NCBI GenBank assembly: GCA_963663765.2 | Contig: CAXXUA010000004.1 | Location: forward strand, 960,001-1,024,000 | DNA length: 64,000 nucleotides | Reading direction: 5' to 3' | Source of the DNA: Candidatus Poribacteria bacterium | Lineage (GTDB): Bacteria > Poribacteria > WGA-4E > WGA-3G | Part shown: positions 10,630-19,398 of the stretch, piece by piece | Position numbering within the stretch: the first letter of the stretch is position 1 | Layout of the letters: each line of letters opens with the position of its first letter | Notes under the pieces: model-generated | Database searches by the model: none | What the model saw: only the letters and a program-made list of their open reading frames with translations | What the model was told of the DNA's origin: nothing | Program-made: the position numbers and the translations under genes

Positions 10630-11070
10630 TTACATGCCACTTTCTATCATGTTTCCAATGTCTGCATCCATACCCAATCCACCAAGTTTCCCATCTTTAC
10701 CATAGGTGGATAGTTCATAGTCATAACCAGTTTTTTTGCTGGGATACCTATATTGATAATCGTTACTCCACGGATCTTTCGTTATTGGACTTACAAGATA
10801 TGGTCCTTTCCAGTTAGTAACATCCTGAGGGACTTGCCACAACGCATCTAATCCCTGTTCTGTTGACGGATAGGTGCCAACATCAAGATTATACTGAGAT
10901 AACGCAACACCAAGATTCGCAATTTCGTGACGTGCCTTGCCAACTCTCACATCATCCATGGAAACTAATGTTTTTGTAATACTCTTGTAAAGTCTTGGAC
11001 TAAATTGGACTACTACAGCTATAATTAGTACAATAAGGATACCAAGTAGAATTTTGTTTTGTGTTTTCAT
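10630..11070 (-). CDS. GspG-domain protein with a non-prepilin N-terminal membrane anchor
   Basis: GspG core (YNLDVGTYPSTEQGLDAL, WKGPYL, DPWSNDYQY, YGKDGKLGG) behind MKTQNKILLGILIVLIIAVVVQFSP, which has no G|FTLIE cleavage motif. Confidence 0.8.
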   Translation of the reverse strand: MKTQNKILLGILIVLIIAVVVQFSPRLYKSITKTLVSMDDVRVGKARHEIANLGVALSQYNLDVGTYPSTEQGLDALWQVPQDVTNWKGPYLVSPITKDPWSNDYQYRYPSKKTGYDYELSTYGKDGKLGGLGMDADIGNMIESGM

Positions 11071-11119
11071 TTGTAAATCTTTGTTCCTTTTTGGCACCTT
11101 AAAACAGAAAAACGATAAC

Positions 11120-11575
11120 TCAATTAAACTCCGCTTCCTCATCAACCCAATTAGTTATATCTGCATTTAAATCTTCTCCACCCAATTTGCCATCTTTACC
11201 ATAAGAGAATAGGTCATAGTCATAACCGTAATGCGTACCGGGAAATCTATATTCGTAAGCAGTTCCCCAAGGATCGTTGGTTACAGGACTTTGGATATAG
11301 GGACCATCCCAGTTTGCAACATCCTGACTCGGTGCTCGCCACAACGCATCTAATCCCTGTTCTGTTGACGGATAGGTGCCAACATCAAGATTATACTGAG
11401 ATAATGCAACACCAAGATTCGCAATTTCGGTACGTGCTTTGCCAACTCTCGCATCGTCTATAGCCGTTATCACACGTGGTGCAATAAACGCAGCCAAAAT
11501 ACCTAAAATCGCAATAACAATCGTCAATTCTATCAGTGTCAAACCTGATTCATCGTTTTTCAACTGTTTAAACAT
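11120..11575 (-). CDS. gspG: Major pseudopilin GspG
   Basis: ESG|LTLIEL; YPSTEQGLDAL; WDGPYI; DPWGTAYEY; GKDGKLGGEDLNADITNW. Confidence 0.93.
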   Translation of the reverse strand: MFKQLKNDESGLTLIELTIVIAILGILAAFIAPRVITAIDDARVGKARTEIANLGVALSQYNLDVGTYPSTEQGLDALWRAPSQDVANWDGPYIQSPVTNDPWGTAYEYRFPGTHYGYDYDLFSYGKDGKLGGEDLNADITNWVDEEAEFN

Positions 11576-11715
11576 TTTTTACTCCTTCTGTTTATACATA
11601 AACCAACTTTATCAATATGTTTATTTTGTGCTCAGAACTCATATCTATTTAGATTAGACATATAATCTACATGATAGTTTATAAAAATCTGAATAGAACA
11701 CTCCTTAATATGTAC

Positions 11716-12939
11716 CTAACCACCTATCAATTTGTTCGCTTCAAATATCGGTAAAATCATCGCCACAGCGATAAAACCAATCAGTAAACCCATAAACAGA
11801 ATAACCATCGGACCGATAGAACCCGTCACACGTTCCAAATTCTTCCTAATCTCCATGTCAAAATAATCTGACAATTTTTTTAGCATTGTCACAGGTTCAC
11901 CAGACTCTTCACCCACAGCGATCATGTGTGTCACGAGTGTCGGAAAATCAGAACTTTTTTCAAGCTCACGTGATAACGTAGAACCTTGTTCTACCTCTCT
12001 CTCTGCTTCAGCGACAATATTACTGTACACCTTATTACCAATCGTATCTTTGACTACTTGCAGTGCAGGAAGCAACCGAACACCGTTCTCCAGAAGTGTC
12101 GCCATAGTGCGCGTAAAACGCACAATAGCAAACGTGCTAAATATTGACCCAAGCAGCGGAAGCTTAAGTTTAAACTTGTCAAATTGCAACTGACCAGATT
12201 CCGTCTGCAAATAATTCCTTAGCAAAATACTTATAGGAACAATTATCAATAAGCCTAACCACCAATAAGTACTCAGTACGTCCGAAATCCCAATGAGAAT
12301 TCTGGTCGGTACGGGTAAATCTCCACCAAGGTCTTCAAACATCGTCGTAAATTTGGGTATCACGAATATCATCAACACTGTAACCGAAAATATCATCAAC
12401 GAAAACAGTATAGCAGGATAGAAAAGAGCTGAAATAACTTGGTTTTTCAACAAACGCTGCCGTTCTGCAAAATCAGCAAGCCGTTCTAACACTTCACCCA
12501 ACACACCCCCGGTTTCTCCAGCCTTCACCATGTTCACATATAGATCTGAGAATACTTTTGGGTGTTGGTTCAGTGAATCATTAAAAGTTGCACCTTGCTC
12601 AACATTCTGCTTCACATCAGAAATAATCTTGTGGAATTCTGGATTGGCGATCTGATCCAACGTCACTTCTATCGCACGGGGAAGTGCAACGTGCGCATTT
12701 ATCAAGGCAGCTAACTGGTAGGTGAAAAACTCTACTTCTGCAGGTTTAATCTTACGAGAACCTATACTAAACAAACGTTTTGCTTGTGATTCAAGGACTT
12801 CTCCCTCCTCAACTATATTTGTCGGCCAATACCCCATCTGTTGCAGCTGAGCAATCAGGTCTGCACGAGAGTCTGCTTCTAAGGTATTACTTACTGTCGT
12901 CCCTGTATTCGTGATAGCTTCAAATTGATATCTTGGCAT
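11716..12939 (-). CDS. gspF: T2SS inner-membrane protein GspF
   Basis: Two T2SSF domains; HPKVFSDLYVNMVKAGETGG; MIAVGEESG; AMILPIF. Confidence 0.93.
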   Translation of the reverse strand: MPRYQFEAITNTGTTVSNTLEADSRADLIAQLQQMGYWPTNIVEEGEVLESQAKRLFSIGSRKIKPAEVEFFTYQLAALINAHVALPRAIEVTLDQIANPEFHKIISDVKQNVEQGATFNDSLNQHPKVFSDLYVNMVKAGETGGVLGEVLERLADFAERQRLLKNQVISALFYPAILFSLMIFSVTVLMIFVIPKFTTMFEDLGGDLPVPTRILIGISDVLSTYWWLGLLIIVPISILLRNYLQTESGQLQFDKFKLKLPLLGSIFSTFAIVRFTRTMATLLENGVRLLPALQVVKDTIGNKVYSNIVAEAEREVEQGSTLSRELEKSSDFPTLVTHMIAVGEESGEPVTMLKKLSDYFDMEIRKNLERVTGSIGPMVILFMGLLIGFIAVAMILPIFEANKLIGG

Positions 12940-13044
12940 GGCAATCTCTTTTCAAAATGTTATATGATAGTTTATATCGTAGGGCGGAGTCTCTGTTCCC
13001 GTCAGGTTTTACCTACTATTTACACGTATTTCCTTGAAAATACA

Positions 13045-14919
13045 CTACTCAGCTTCATCAAACTCATGTGCATCTTCTTGTGTCAGACGAAGTACCTCAT
13101 CAACCGTTGTTTGTCCAGCAGTGACCTTTTGCCAACCATCTTCACGTAGACTCTTCATCCCCATTTTAATTGCAAGCTTACGAAGTTCAGATGTAGATGT
13201 TTGTTGAAGAGACATATTACGTATTTCTTCCGACATAAATATCACTTCAAAGATACCGATTCGTCCTCGGTAGCCTCTTCCACGGCATTCCTTACAACCC
13301 CCCTCTTTCGCACGTGGTATCTCAAGATCCTCATCTACATGCACACCATTGTTCCTAAAGATTACTGCAATTTCATCAGCACTGGGACGATACATTTCAC
13401 GGCAAGATTTGCAAACACGTCTCGCTAAACGTTGCGCAATAATACCTTCAACCGTTGACGCAACCAAATAAGGTTCAACCTTCATATCAATCAAACGCGT
13501 GATAGCACCCGGCGCATCATTGGTGTGAAGCGTACTGAACACAAGGTGACCTGTCAACGACGTATGTATTGCCATCTCCGCTGTTTCATAGTCACGAATT
13601 TCACCAACCAATACCTTGTCAGGGTCCTGACGAAGGATATGCCGCAAACCTTCCGCAAATGAAAACTCAATATCAGGATTGACCTGAATCTGGTTGATCC
13701 CCTCTAACTCATATTCAACGGGGTCTTCAAGCGTTATTATCTTCACTTCAGGAGTATTGATCTCTTTCAAGCATGCATAGAGTGATGTCGTTTTACCACT
13801 ACCAGTCGGACCTGTGGCAAGTATAATGCCGTGCGGTTTATGAATCATGCGTTCGAACAGTGTATAATTCTCATTGGTAAGTCCCAATTCGGCTAATCCA
13901 AATTCAATTGATTGTCTGTCAAGGATACGAAGCACTACACTTTCACTATGCTGCGTTGCAACTGTCGGAACAGTTGAAACACGAAGGTCAATCTGACGAT
14001 CTCCCAAACTTCCAATCTCTTTGTTGATTTTACCATCTTGAGGACGACGACGCTCAGCAACATCCATGCCTGCCATGATCTTAATACGTGATGTAATTGC
14101 TGACTGCAAATACGCAGGCGGTTGCGGTTGGTCTTCTAACACGCCATCAACACGAAAACGAATCTTCAACTCACCCGGATACGGCTCAATGTGAATATCA
14201 CTCGCACCCGCACGCACCGCATCAATAATCATCTGGTCAACAGCATTCATCACCGTCGGATCCTGACTCAGATCCTTTTCGTCTATACCAAAGTCAACAA
14301 GTTGACCACGTTCAAATGTCGCAGCCGCACCGACCGGTCCCTTGATACCTCCACTCAAAAGCGAGGCAGCATCCTTACCATAGCAACGGATAATCGCTTC
14401 AGAAATTTCATCTTCATCTGCAATGGTCGTCTTTATATCACATTCTGTCAAAAACTCTATTTCGTCTATTAACATTACATCCTGAACATCCGCCATCGCT
14501 ATCGTAAGAACTTTACCCACAAGACGTAACGGTACAATCTTATTGCGATTTGCAAAACTTGGTGGTATTTTTTCAAGCGCGTTCTCTTCAGGTGATACCT
14601 CATCTAACCGAATGATCGGTGAACCCGTATCACGTCCTTTTTTCGCAAGTTCAAGCACTCGCTCAGATACATACTCAGTTATGATTGCTTCTTCCGAATC
14701 TCCCGCTTTCTCAATCTCATTCAAAATTTGTCTATACTTCTGAGACTCAGACTCTGGCGATTCCTCCGTCTCAATATCAGAATACACAGGCTTATTTACC
14801 CACCCTTCAAGTATCTTCTCATGTATTTCTTGATAGGCCTGCTCCGATATCAAATTCCCTTCTTTTAATACTTCAACAAGTGATTTTTGGGTAGATGTAC
14901 TACTAATCATAATAATCAA
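13045..14919 (-). CDS. gspE: T2SS/T4P assembly ATPase GspE/PilB
   Basis: ASDIHIEP; Walker A GPTGSGKT; TLEDPVE; LRQDPD...GEIRD; His box TGHLVFSTLH; CxxC...CxxC Zn site. Confidence 0.95.
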   Translation of the reverse strand: MIIMISSTSTQKSLVEVLKEGNLISEQAYQEIHEKILEGWVNKPVYSDIETEESPESESQKYRQILNEIEKAGDSEEAIITEYVSERVLELAKKGRDTGSPIIRLDEVSPEENALEKIPPSFANRNKIVPLRLVGKVLTIAMADVQDVMLIDEIEFLTECDIKTTIADEDEISEAIIRCYGKDAASLLSGGIKGPVGAAATFERGQLVDFGIDEKDLSQDPTVMNAVDQMIIDAVRAGASDIHIEPYPGELKIRFRVDGVLEDQPQPPAYLQSAITSRIKIMAGMDVAERRRPQDGKINKEIGSLGDRQIDLRVSTVPTVATQHSESVVLRILDRQSIEFGLAELGLTNENYTLFERMIHKPHGIILATGPTGSGKTTSLYACLKEINTPEVKIITLEDPVEYELEGINQIQVNPDIEFSFAEGLRHILRQDPDKVLVGEIRDYETAEMAIHTSLTGHLVFSTLHTNDAPGAITRLIDMKVEPYLVASTVEGIIAQRLARRVCKSCREMYRPSADEIAVIFRNNGVHVDEDLEIPRAKEGGCKECRGRGYRGRIGIFEVIFMSEEIRNMSLQQTSTSELRKLAIKMGMKSLREDGWQKVTAGQTTVDEVLRLTQEDAHEFDEAE

Positions 14920-15437
14920 GTTCCTTATAAATAATACTGATAAACCAACATCTTAACCAATCGGTTTAAACAACTTTAATGCTACTCCCAACATACATTA
15001 CTTGAAAAGGCGAACTTTCTTTGAGGGATTGTCGTTTCCACAATCGCCTTTTTTAGACGAAAAATCCTACAAATAAGTTTAATCACTTTCCACGCACCAT
15101 TAAGTTTTAAATGCAATAACTCATTGCTTATTGACACAGAAACTAATACTATTGCAAATCACATTGGGGTTGAAAATAATCTTGGTAATCCGATAATGCT
15201 TGTTCAGAACAATTAACAATTTTGTATCCAAAAACAGAAAAATTACGTATAATGCTATTTTGACAATAGTTCATTAAACGCCAATGACTATCCTATATAT
15301 GTTCTATTAGACTATAAAATAGGGTATAAGTTCGGAATTTAAAGGATTTCAACTGAATACAAAAAGCATAAATCTATCGTTTTTTACCGATATTTCAAGA
15401 AAATATCAAAAATTATACTTTTTATTAAACAATTTGC

Positions 15438-15467
15438 TTGACAGAACGTTATAGTATACTGTATTAT
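15438..15467 (+). promoter_or_regulatory. Putative sigma70 promoter for the sigma factor gene
   Basis: TTGACA at 15438, 18-nt spacer, TATTAT at 15462; AGGAGAGGAG RBS at 15511. Confidence 0.5.
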
Positions 15468-15524
15468 ATATCTTCGGCAGATTTTGCATATAATTTTTAC
15501 ATTTACATTAAGGAGAGGAGAAGA

Positions 15525-16493
15525 ATGGAAACCGAGTTTTTCGGTGACACACAAAACATTGAAGGTGTTGACACTTTCATAAATGAAGTTTATCCGTCGG
15601 AAGAAACTGAGAATGTGAACGAATACAAAGGGAGTGATAGAAGCGCACTAACAAGTTGGTTACGCAGCGTCGCTGGACACCGTTTATTAACGCGAGAAGA
15701 GGAAGTTGAATTAGCAAAAAGAATTGAAGCTGGTGATACTACTGCACGTGATGAACTCGTTCAAGCAAATCTAAGACTGGTTATCTCAATCGCAGTCAGG
15801 TATCAAGGAAATAAAGTCCCGCTTGAAGACCTAATTCAGGAAGGAAACATCGGACTAATCAAAGCAGCAAGCAAATTTGATTACCGGAAAGGATTTAAAT
15901 TCAGTACCTATGCTATTTGGTGGATTAAGCAATCTATAATGCGCACTCTTGATAACTTCGCACGATCTATACGTTTACCTGCATATATCGTCGCAAAGAT
16001 GAACAAGTTTGATGCGACCTACGCAGCACTATGCCAAGAACTACAACGAGAACCTACACGGGCTGAAATCGCTAACGCTCTTGAACTAACGTTACAACAG
16101 GTAGAGGAAATCCTTACTTTTAACGCAGATACCATCTCTATGGATTTACCACTCGGGGATGACCCCGGATCACGGTCGGCTGCTACTTTAGGTGATTTAA
16201 TTGAAGACCCCGCAACCGCAGCTGAAGACGGACCTATCGCAAAACTGATCACACAGGACCTTGTAAAACAATTCCTTAGCAAACTACCAGAACGCGAGCA
16301 ACAAGTCCTAACAATGAGATTCGGCCTTGATGATGGAGAACGCAAAACACTTAGAGAAATCGGAGACGCACTTGATGTTACGAGAGAACGCATCCGACAA
16401 CTTGAGATATACGCTATCTCTCAATTAAGCAGCCTATACAACGAAATGGGAGAATTCCGGACTGAATACACTGCGGATCAAACCGCAGCATAA
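15525..16493 (+). CDS. RpoD/RpoS-like sigma70 factor without region 1.1
   Basis: LLTREEEVELAKRI; ANLRLVISIA; DLIQEGNIGL; FKFSTYAIWWIKQ; VTRERIRQLE. ATG at 15525 follows a strong RBS. Confidence 0.92.
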   Translation: METEFFGDTQNIEGVDTFINEVYPSEETENVNEYKGSDRSALTSWLRSVAGHRLLTREEEVELAKRIEAGDTTARDELVQANLRLVISIAVRYQGNKVPLEDLIQEGNIGLIKAASKFDYRKGFKFSTYAIWWIKQSIMRTLDNFARSIRLPAYIVAKMNKFDATYAALCQELQREPTRAEIANALELTLQQVEEILTFNADTISMDLPLGDDPGSRSAATLGDLIEDPATAAEDGPIAKLITQDLVKQFLSKLPEREQQVLTMRFGLDDGERKTLREIGDALDVTRERIRQLEIYAISQLSSLYNEMGEFRTEYTADQTAA

Positions 16494-16515
16494 CACGGAA
16501 TCCAAGAGGACACTT

Positions 16516-17127
16516 ATGAAAAATCTAATAAAAAAACTCGCGGGAAGTGAAAATCCTTTAGTGGAAGTAACAAAAACCGCAAAAGAGAAAATTCAGGGTG
16601 TTATTGAAAACGAAGAAGTTGAAGTGGAAGGACTGCGAATCAGCATTGAAGGTCGCAGTGCTTCCGCTTTTCAATACAGCCTCGGCTTAGCTACAGAAAC
16701 AGAAGACGATGACATCATCATTGACATGGGTCCCTTTAAAGTATTCGTTGACCCAAACAGCGCTGATGACCTTCAAGGGGCTGTCATTGATTATGTTGAA
16801 GACCTAAACTCAAGCGGCTTCAAAATTGACAACCCAAATACACCAACATGGGATAATCCGAAAGCACAGAAAATACAAGAACTAATTGATGAACGAATCA
16901 ATCCTGCTGTCGCTGCACACGGTGGACAGATTGAACTCCTCAACGTTGAGGACGAAGCAATCTATATCCACATGGGCGGTGGATGTCAAGGCTGCGGCAT
17001 GGCAAATGCTACTCTCAAACACGGCATTGAAGCTATGATACAAGAGGTATTCCCTGAAATCAAGCAGGTCATTGATACAACCGACCATGCTGCAGGAACA
17101 AATCCATACTACGAAGGCGGAAATTAG
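16516..17127 (+). CDS. nfuA: Fe-S biogenesis protein NfuA
   Basis: Cys-less degenerate A-type carrier N-domain plus NifU C-domain (INPAVAAHGG, GGGCQGC, DTTDHAAGTNPYY). Confidence 0.9.
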   Translation: MKNLIKKLAGSENPLVEVTKTAKEKIQGVIENEEVEVEGLRISIEGRSASAFQYSLGLATETEDDDIIIDMGPFKVFVDPNSADDLQGAVIDYVEDLNSSGFKIDNPNTPTWDNPKAQKIQELIDERINPAVAAHGGQIELLNVEDEAIYIHMGGGCQGCGMANATLKHGIEAMIQEVFPEIKQVIDTTDHAAGTNPYYEGGN

Positions 17128-17171
17128 TAGAATTATCCTCCCATTCAAAAAATATTATACACCCAACCCAA

Positions 17172-17196
17172 TAGGTGCGGTTTCCTAACCGCACCA
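17172..17196. repeat. REP-like palindrome TAGGTGCGGTTTCCTAACCGCACC
   Basis: Perfect stem GGTGCGGTT/AACCGCACC; degenerate relatives near 17615, 23240, 27955, 28452 and 29785. Confidence 0.7.
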
Positions 17197-17264
17197 AAGG
17201 TGTCAACTTAGCGATTCATATTATTGTAGGAGGGAAACCTTGAAATCCCGATTTTCTCACTCAA

Positions 17265-17568
17265 GGTAGGCGTGCTTTGTAAGCGCGCCCCCCAACTGCA
17301 GGCGTGCTTTGTAAGCGCGCCCCCCAACTGCACTCCCCTGCAGGCGTGCTTTGTAAGCGCGCCCCCCAACTGCAGGCGTGCTTTGTAAGCGCGCCCCCAA
17401 CTGCAGGCGTGCTTTGTAAGCGCGCCCCCCAACTGCAGGCGTGCTTTGTAAGCGCGCCCCCCAAAGGTAGGCGTGCTTTGTAAGCGCGCCCCCCAACTGC
17501 AGGCGTGCTTTGTAAGCGCGCCATTGCCAATCTTGTGTTTATCGGTGCACTTACAAAGCACGCCTACC
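17265..17568. repeat. Tandem array of 8 GYAG-type REP hairpins plus one inverted copy (BIME/REPIN-like)
   Basis: Unit G(T/C)AGGCGTGCTTTGTAAGCGCGCC + CCCCAACT linker, period about 32 bp; inverted copy at 17545-17568. Confidence 0.9.
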
Positions 17569-17722
17569 GGGATGGGGTATTTAGCACTTGGCTTTTTCTA
17601 AAGTTGACACCTATGTGGTTAGGTTTCCTAACCCCAACGAGTCTAAAAATCTGACCTATCAAACTCACCTAATCCTTAGCAAAACATGCAATTGCACAAG
17701 TCTTATCCGCGCAATCCGAGAT

Positions 17723-18715
17723 TCAGATTATTTTAATTTCAACCCCTTCATTGTTCGGATATGTAACAAAACAACTCCCTCCATTTGGCAACCCCTTCAA
17801 ATATGCTTCAGTCTTCTCTTTCAGTCCCACAACATCCTCAGCCACAGCACAAATCGCTGGTCCCCAGCTACTTACACCCGCTCCCAATGCCCCGTTAGCT
17901 TGCAAGAAATCAAGCGTTTGTCTCAACTCATCACCTTGCGCATCAATCTCAACTTTTTTCCATCCAAATGTCTGTATCTCGTTGATCACTTCACCAAAAT
18001 TTTGCATGTCGTTTTCAAGAATTGCTGGTAGTATCCGTAGCAGCAGCAGATGACACAACCTCGGTGCAACTGATGCAGGTTGTGGACACAGTGTACGAAA
18101 AAGATCCAATTCCGCATCACCAAAAATACGCGTACAATTGGGTATCACAATAAGTATAGGTACATTTGGAAAGTCATATCGGAGTAAGATCGGTGGAGGA
18201 GAAACATCATCGGTCGCAGCGGATGGGAGAAAAGAGGGTTTCTGATCAGGATACCGATGACCGCCATCAACAATGAAACCACCATTTTCAAAAGCAGCAA
18301 TTCCAATACCAGATGTCCCACCACGTCCTACAACATTCGCAAGTTCTAAGACACTCAACTTAAGGTCAAACAAAACGTTAACAGCAGCAGCGATACCAAG
18401 AGAAAGTTGAGTCCCAGAACCAAATCCGCTATGCATTGGAATTTCAGATTTGAATTTTAGGTTAATGCCAGGGAACTGATACGTACTATGAAGTAGTGAA
18501 AGAACAGCACAAGCACGCGCACGGTAGGATTCAGATTCAACCTGAATATCTTCGGCTGGTTCAGCAATAATCTGGAAATTCGGCTCAGTTATGGCTAATC
18601 CAAACCCACCATCAATGCGTCCGAGTTGTCCATTCAAGTCTATCAGCGAAAAATGAAGCCGGGATGGGGTGGTAATAATGACTTTACTTATTGGGGTATT
18701 AGTCGCGTCGTTCAT
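17723..18715 (-). CDS. mptG: Beta-ribofuranosylaminobenzene 5'-phosphate (beta-RFAP) synthase, GHMP-kinase fold
   Basis: TPSRLHFSLIDLNGQLGRIDGGFG; HSGFGSGTQLSL; GRGGTSGIG; GGFIVDGGH; GVSSWGP. Start MNDAT overlaps the upstream ATPase stop. Confidence 0.85.
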   Translation of the reverse strand: MNDATNTPISKVIITTPSRLHFSLIDLNGQLGRIDGGFGLAITEPNFQIIAEPAEDIQVESESYRARACAVLSLLHSTYQFPGINLKFKSEIPMHSGFGSGTQLSLGIAAAVNVLFDLKLSVLELANVVGRGGTSGIGIAAFENGGFIVDGGHRYPDQKPSFLPSAATDDVSPPPILLRYDFPNVPILIVIPNCTRIFGDAELDLFRTLCPQPASVAPRLCHLLLLRILPAILENDMQNFGEVINEIQTFGWKKVEIDAQGDELRQTLDFLQANGALGAGVSSWGPAICAVAEDVVGLKEKTEAYLKGLPNGGSCFVTYPNNEGVEIKII

Positions 18716-19379
18716 CTCGCTCAATGAGGCCGTCCCGAATATGAAGGACGCGTCTGGCATGTTCTGCGACTTCCGGTTCATGCGTCACCATGATAATTGT
18801 ATTTCCTTCCTCATTAAGTCGGTCAAAAATAGCCAAAATCTCAGCACCAGAACGTGTATCAAGGTTCCCAGTCGGTTCGTCAGCAAAAAGTAGTGAGGGT
18901 TTGTTCACAAGCGCACGCGCAATCGCTACACGCTGCACCTGACCCCCAGATAATTCCGTCGATTTGTGATCAACCCGATCCGCTAAACCAACTGCTTCCA
19001 ACGATTCAAACGCTCTCCGCTTACGTTCTTTCCTACCTAAACCTGAATAGATTAACGGAAGCTCAACATTGTGAAGTGCGCTTGTTCGCGGCAGTAGGTT
19101 AAATGACTGAAATACAAATCCTATCTTCTTATTCCGAATATCTGCCAGACGGTTATCCGACAGTTGACCTACCTCTTCACCCTCAAGAAAATACTCACCA
19201 TCTGTTGGAGTCGCAAGGCATCCGAGAATATCCATCATCGTGGACTTACCAGAACCAGAAGGTCCCATAATCGCAATAAACTCACCCGGATCCACAGTGA
19301 AACTCACACCTCGCAGCGCATGAACCTGCACATCACCCATCTCATAGATTTTTGTTATGTCTTTAACATCAATTAACAT
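18699..19379 (-). CDS. ABC transporter ATP-binding protein (LolD/MacB-type)
   Basis: GPSGSGKST; IGFVFQSFNLL; LSGGQVQRVAIARAL; ADEPTGNLD; MVTHE. Confidence 0.95.
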   Translation of the reverse strand: MLIDVKDITKIYEMGDVQVHALRGVSFTVDPGEFIAIMGPSGSGKSTMMDILGCLATPTDGEYFLEGEEVGQLSDNRLADIRNKKIGFVFQSFNLLPRTSALHNVELPLIYSGLGRKERKRRAFESLEAVGLADRVDHKSTELSGGQVQRVAIARALVNKPSLLFADEPTGNLDTRSGAEILAIFDRLNEEGNTIIMVTHEPEVAEHARRVLHIRDGLIERDERRD

Positions 19380-19398
19380 CTATAAATATCTTCCTTTG

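Noticed and set aside
10841-11428. Diversity-generating retroelement TR/VR pair (also considered for the malectin-like paralogues)
   Set aside because: The differences are not adenine-specific and no reverse transcriptase is present; paralogy or gene conversion explains the similarity.
17208-17561. Short repetitive ORFs (GGALTKHAC...) in three frames
   Set aside because: These are translations of the REP array, with no RBS or protein-like features.
17265-17568. CRISPR array
   Set aside because: The linkers are only about 8-18 bp and nearly identical rather than unique spacers. The unit has a GTAG/GCAG REP head and an inverted terminal copy, and it lies far from the cas genes.
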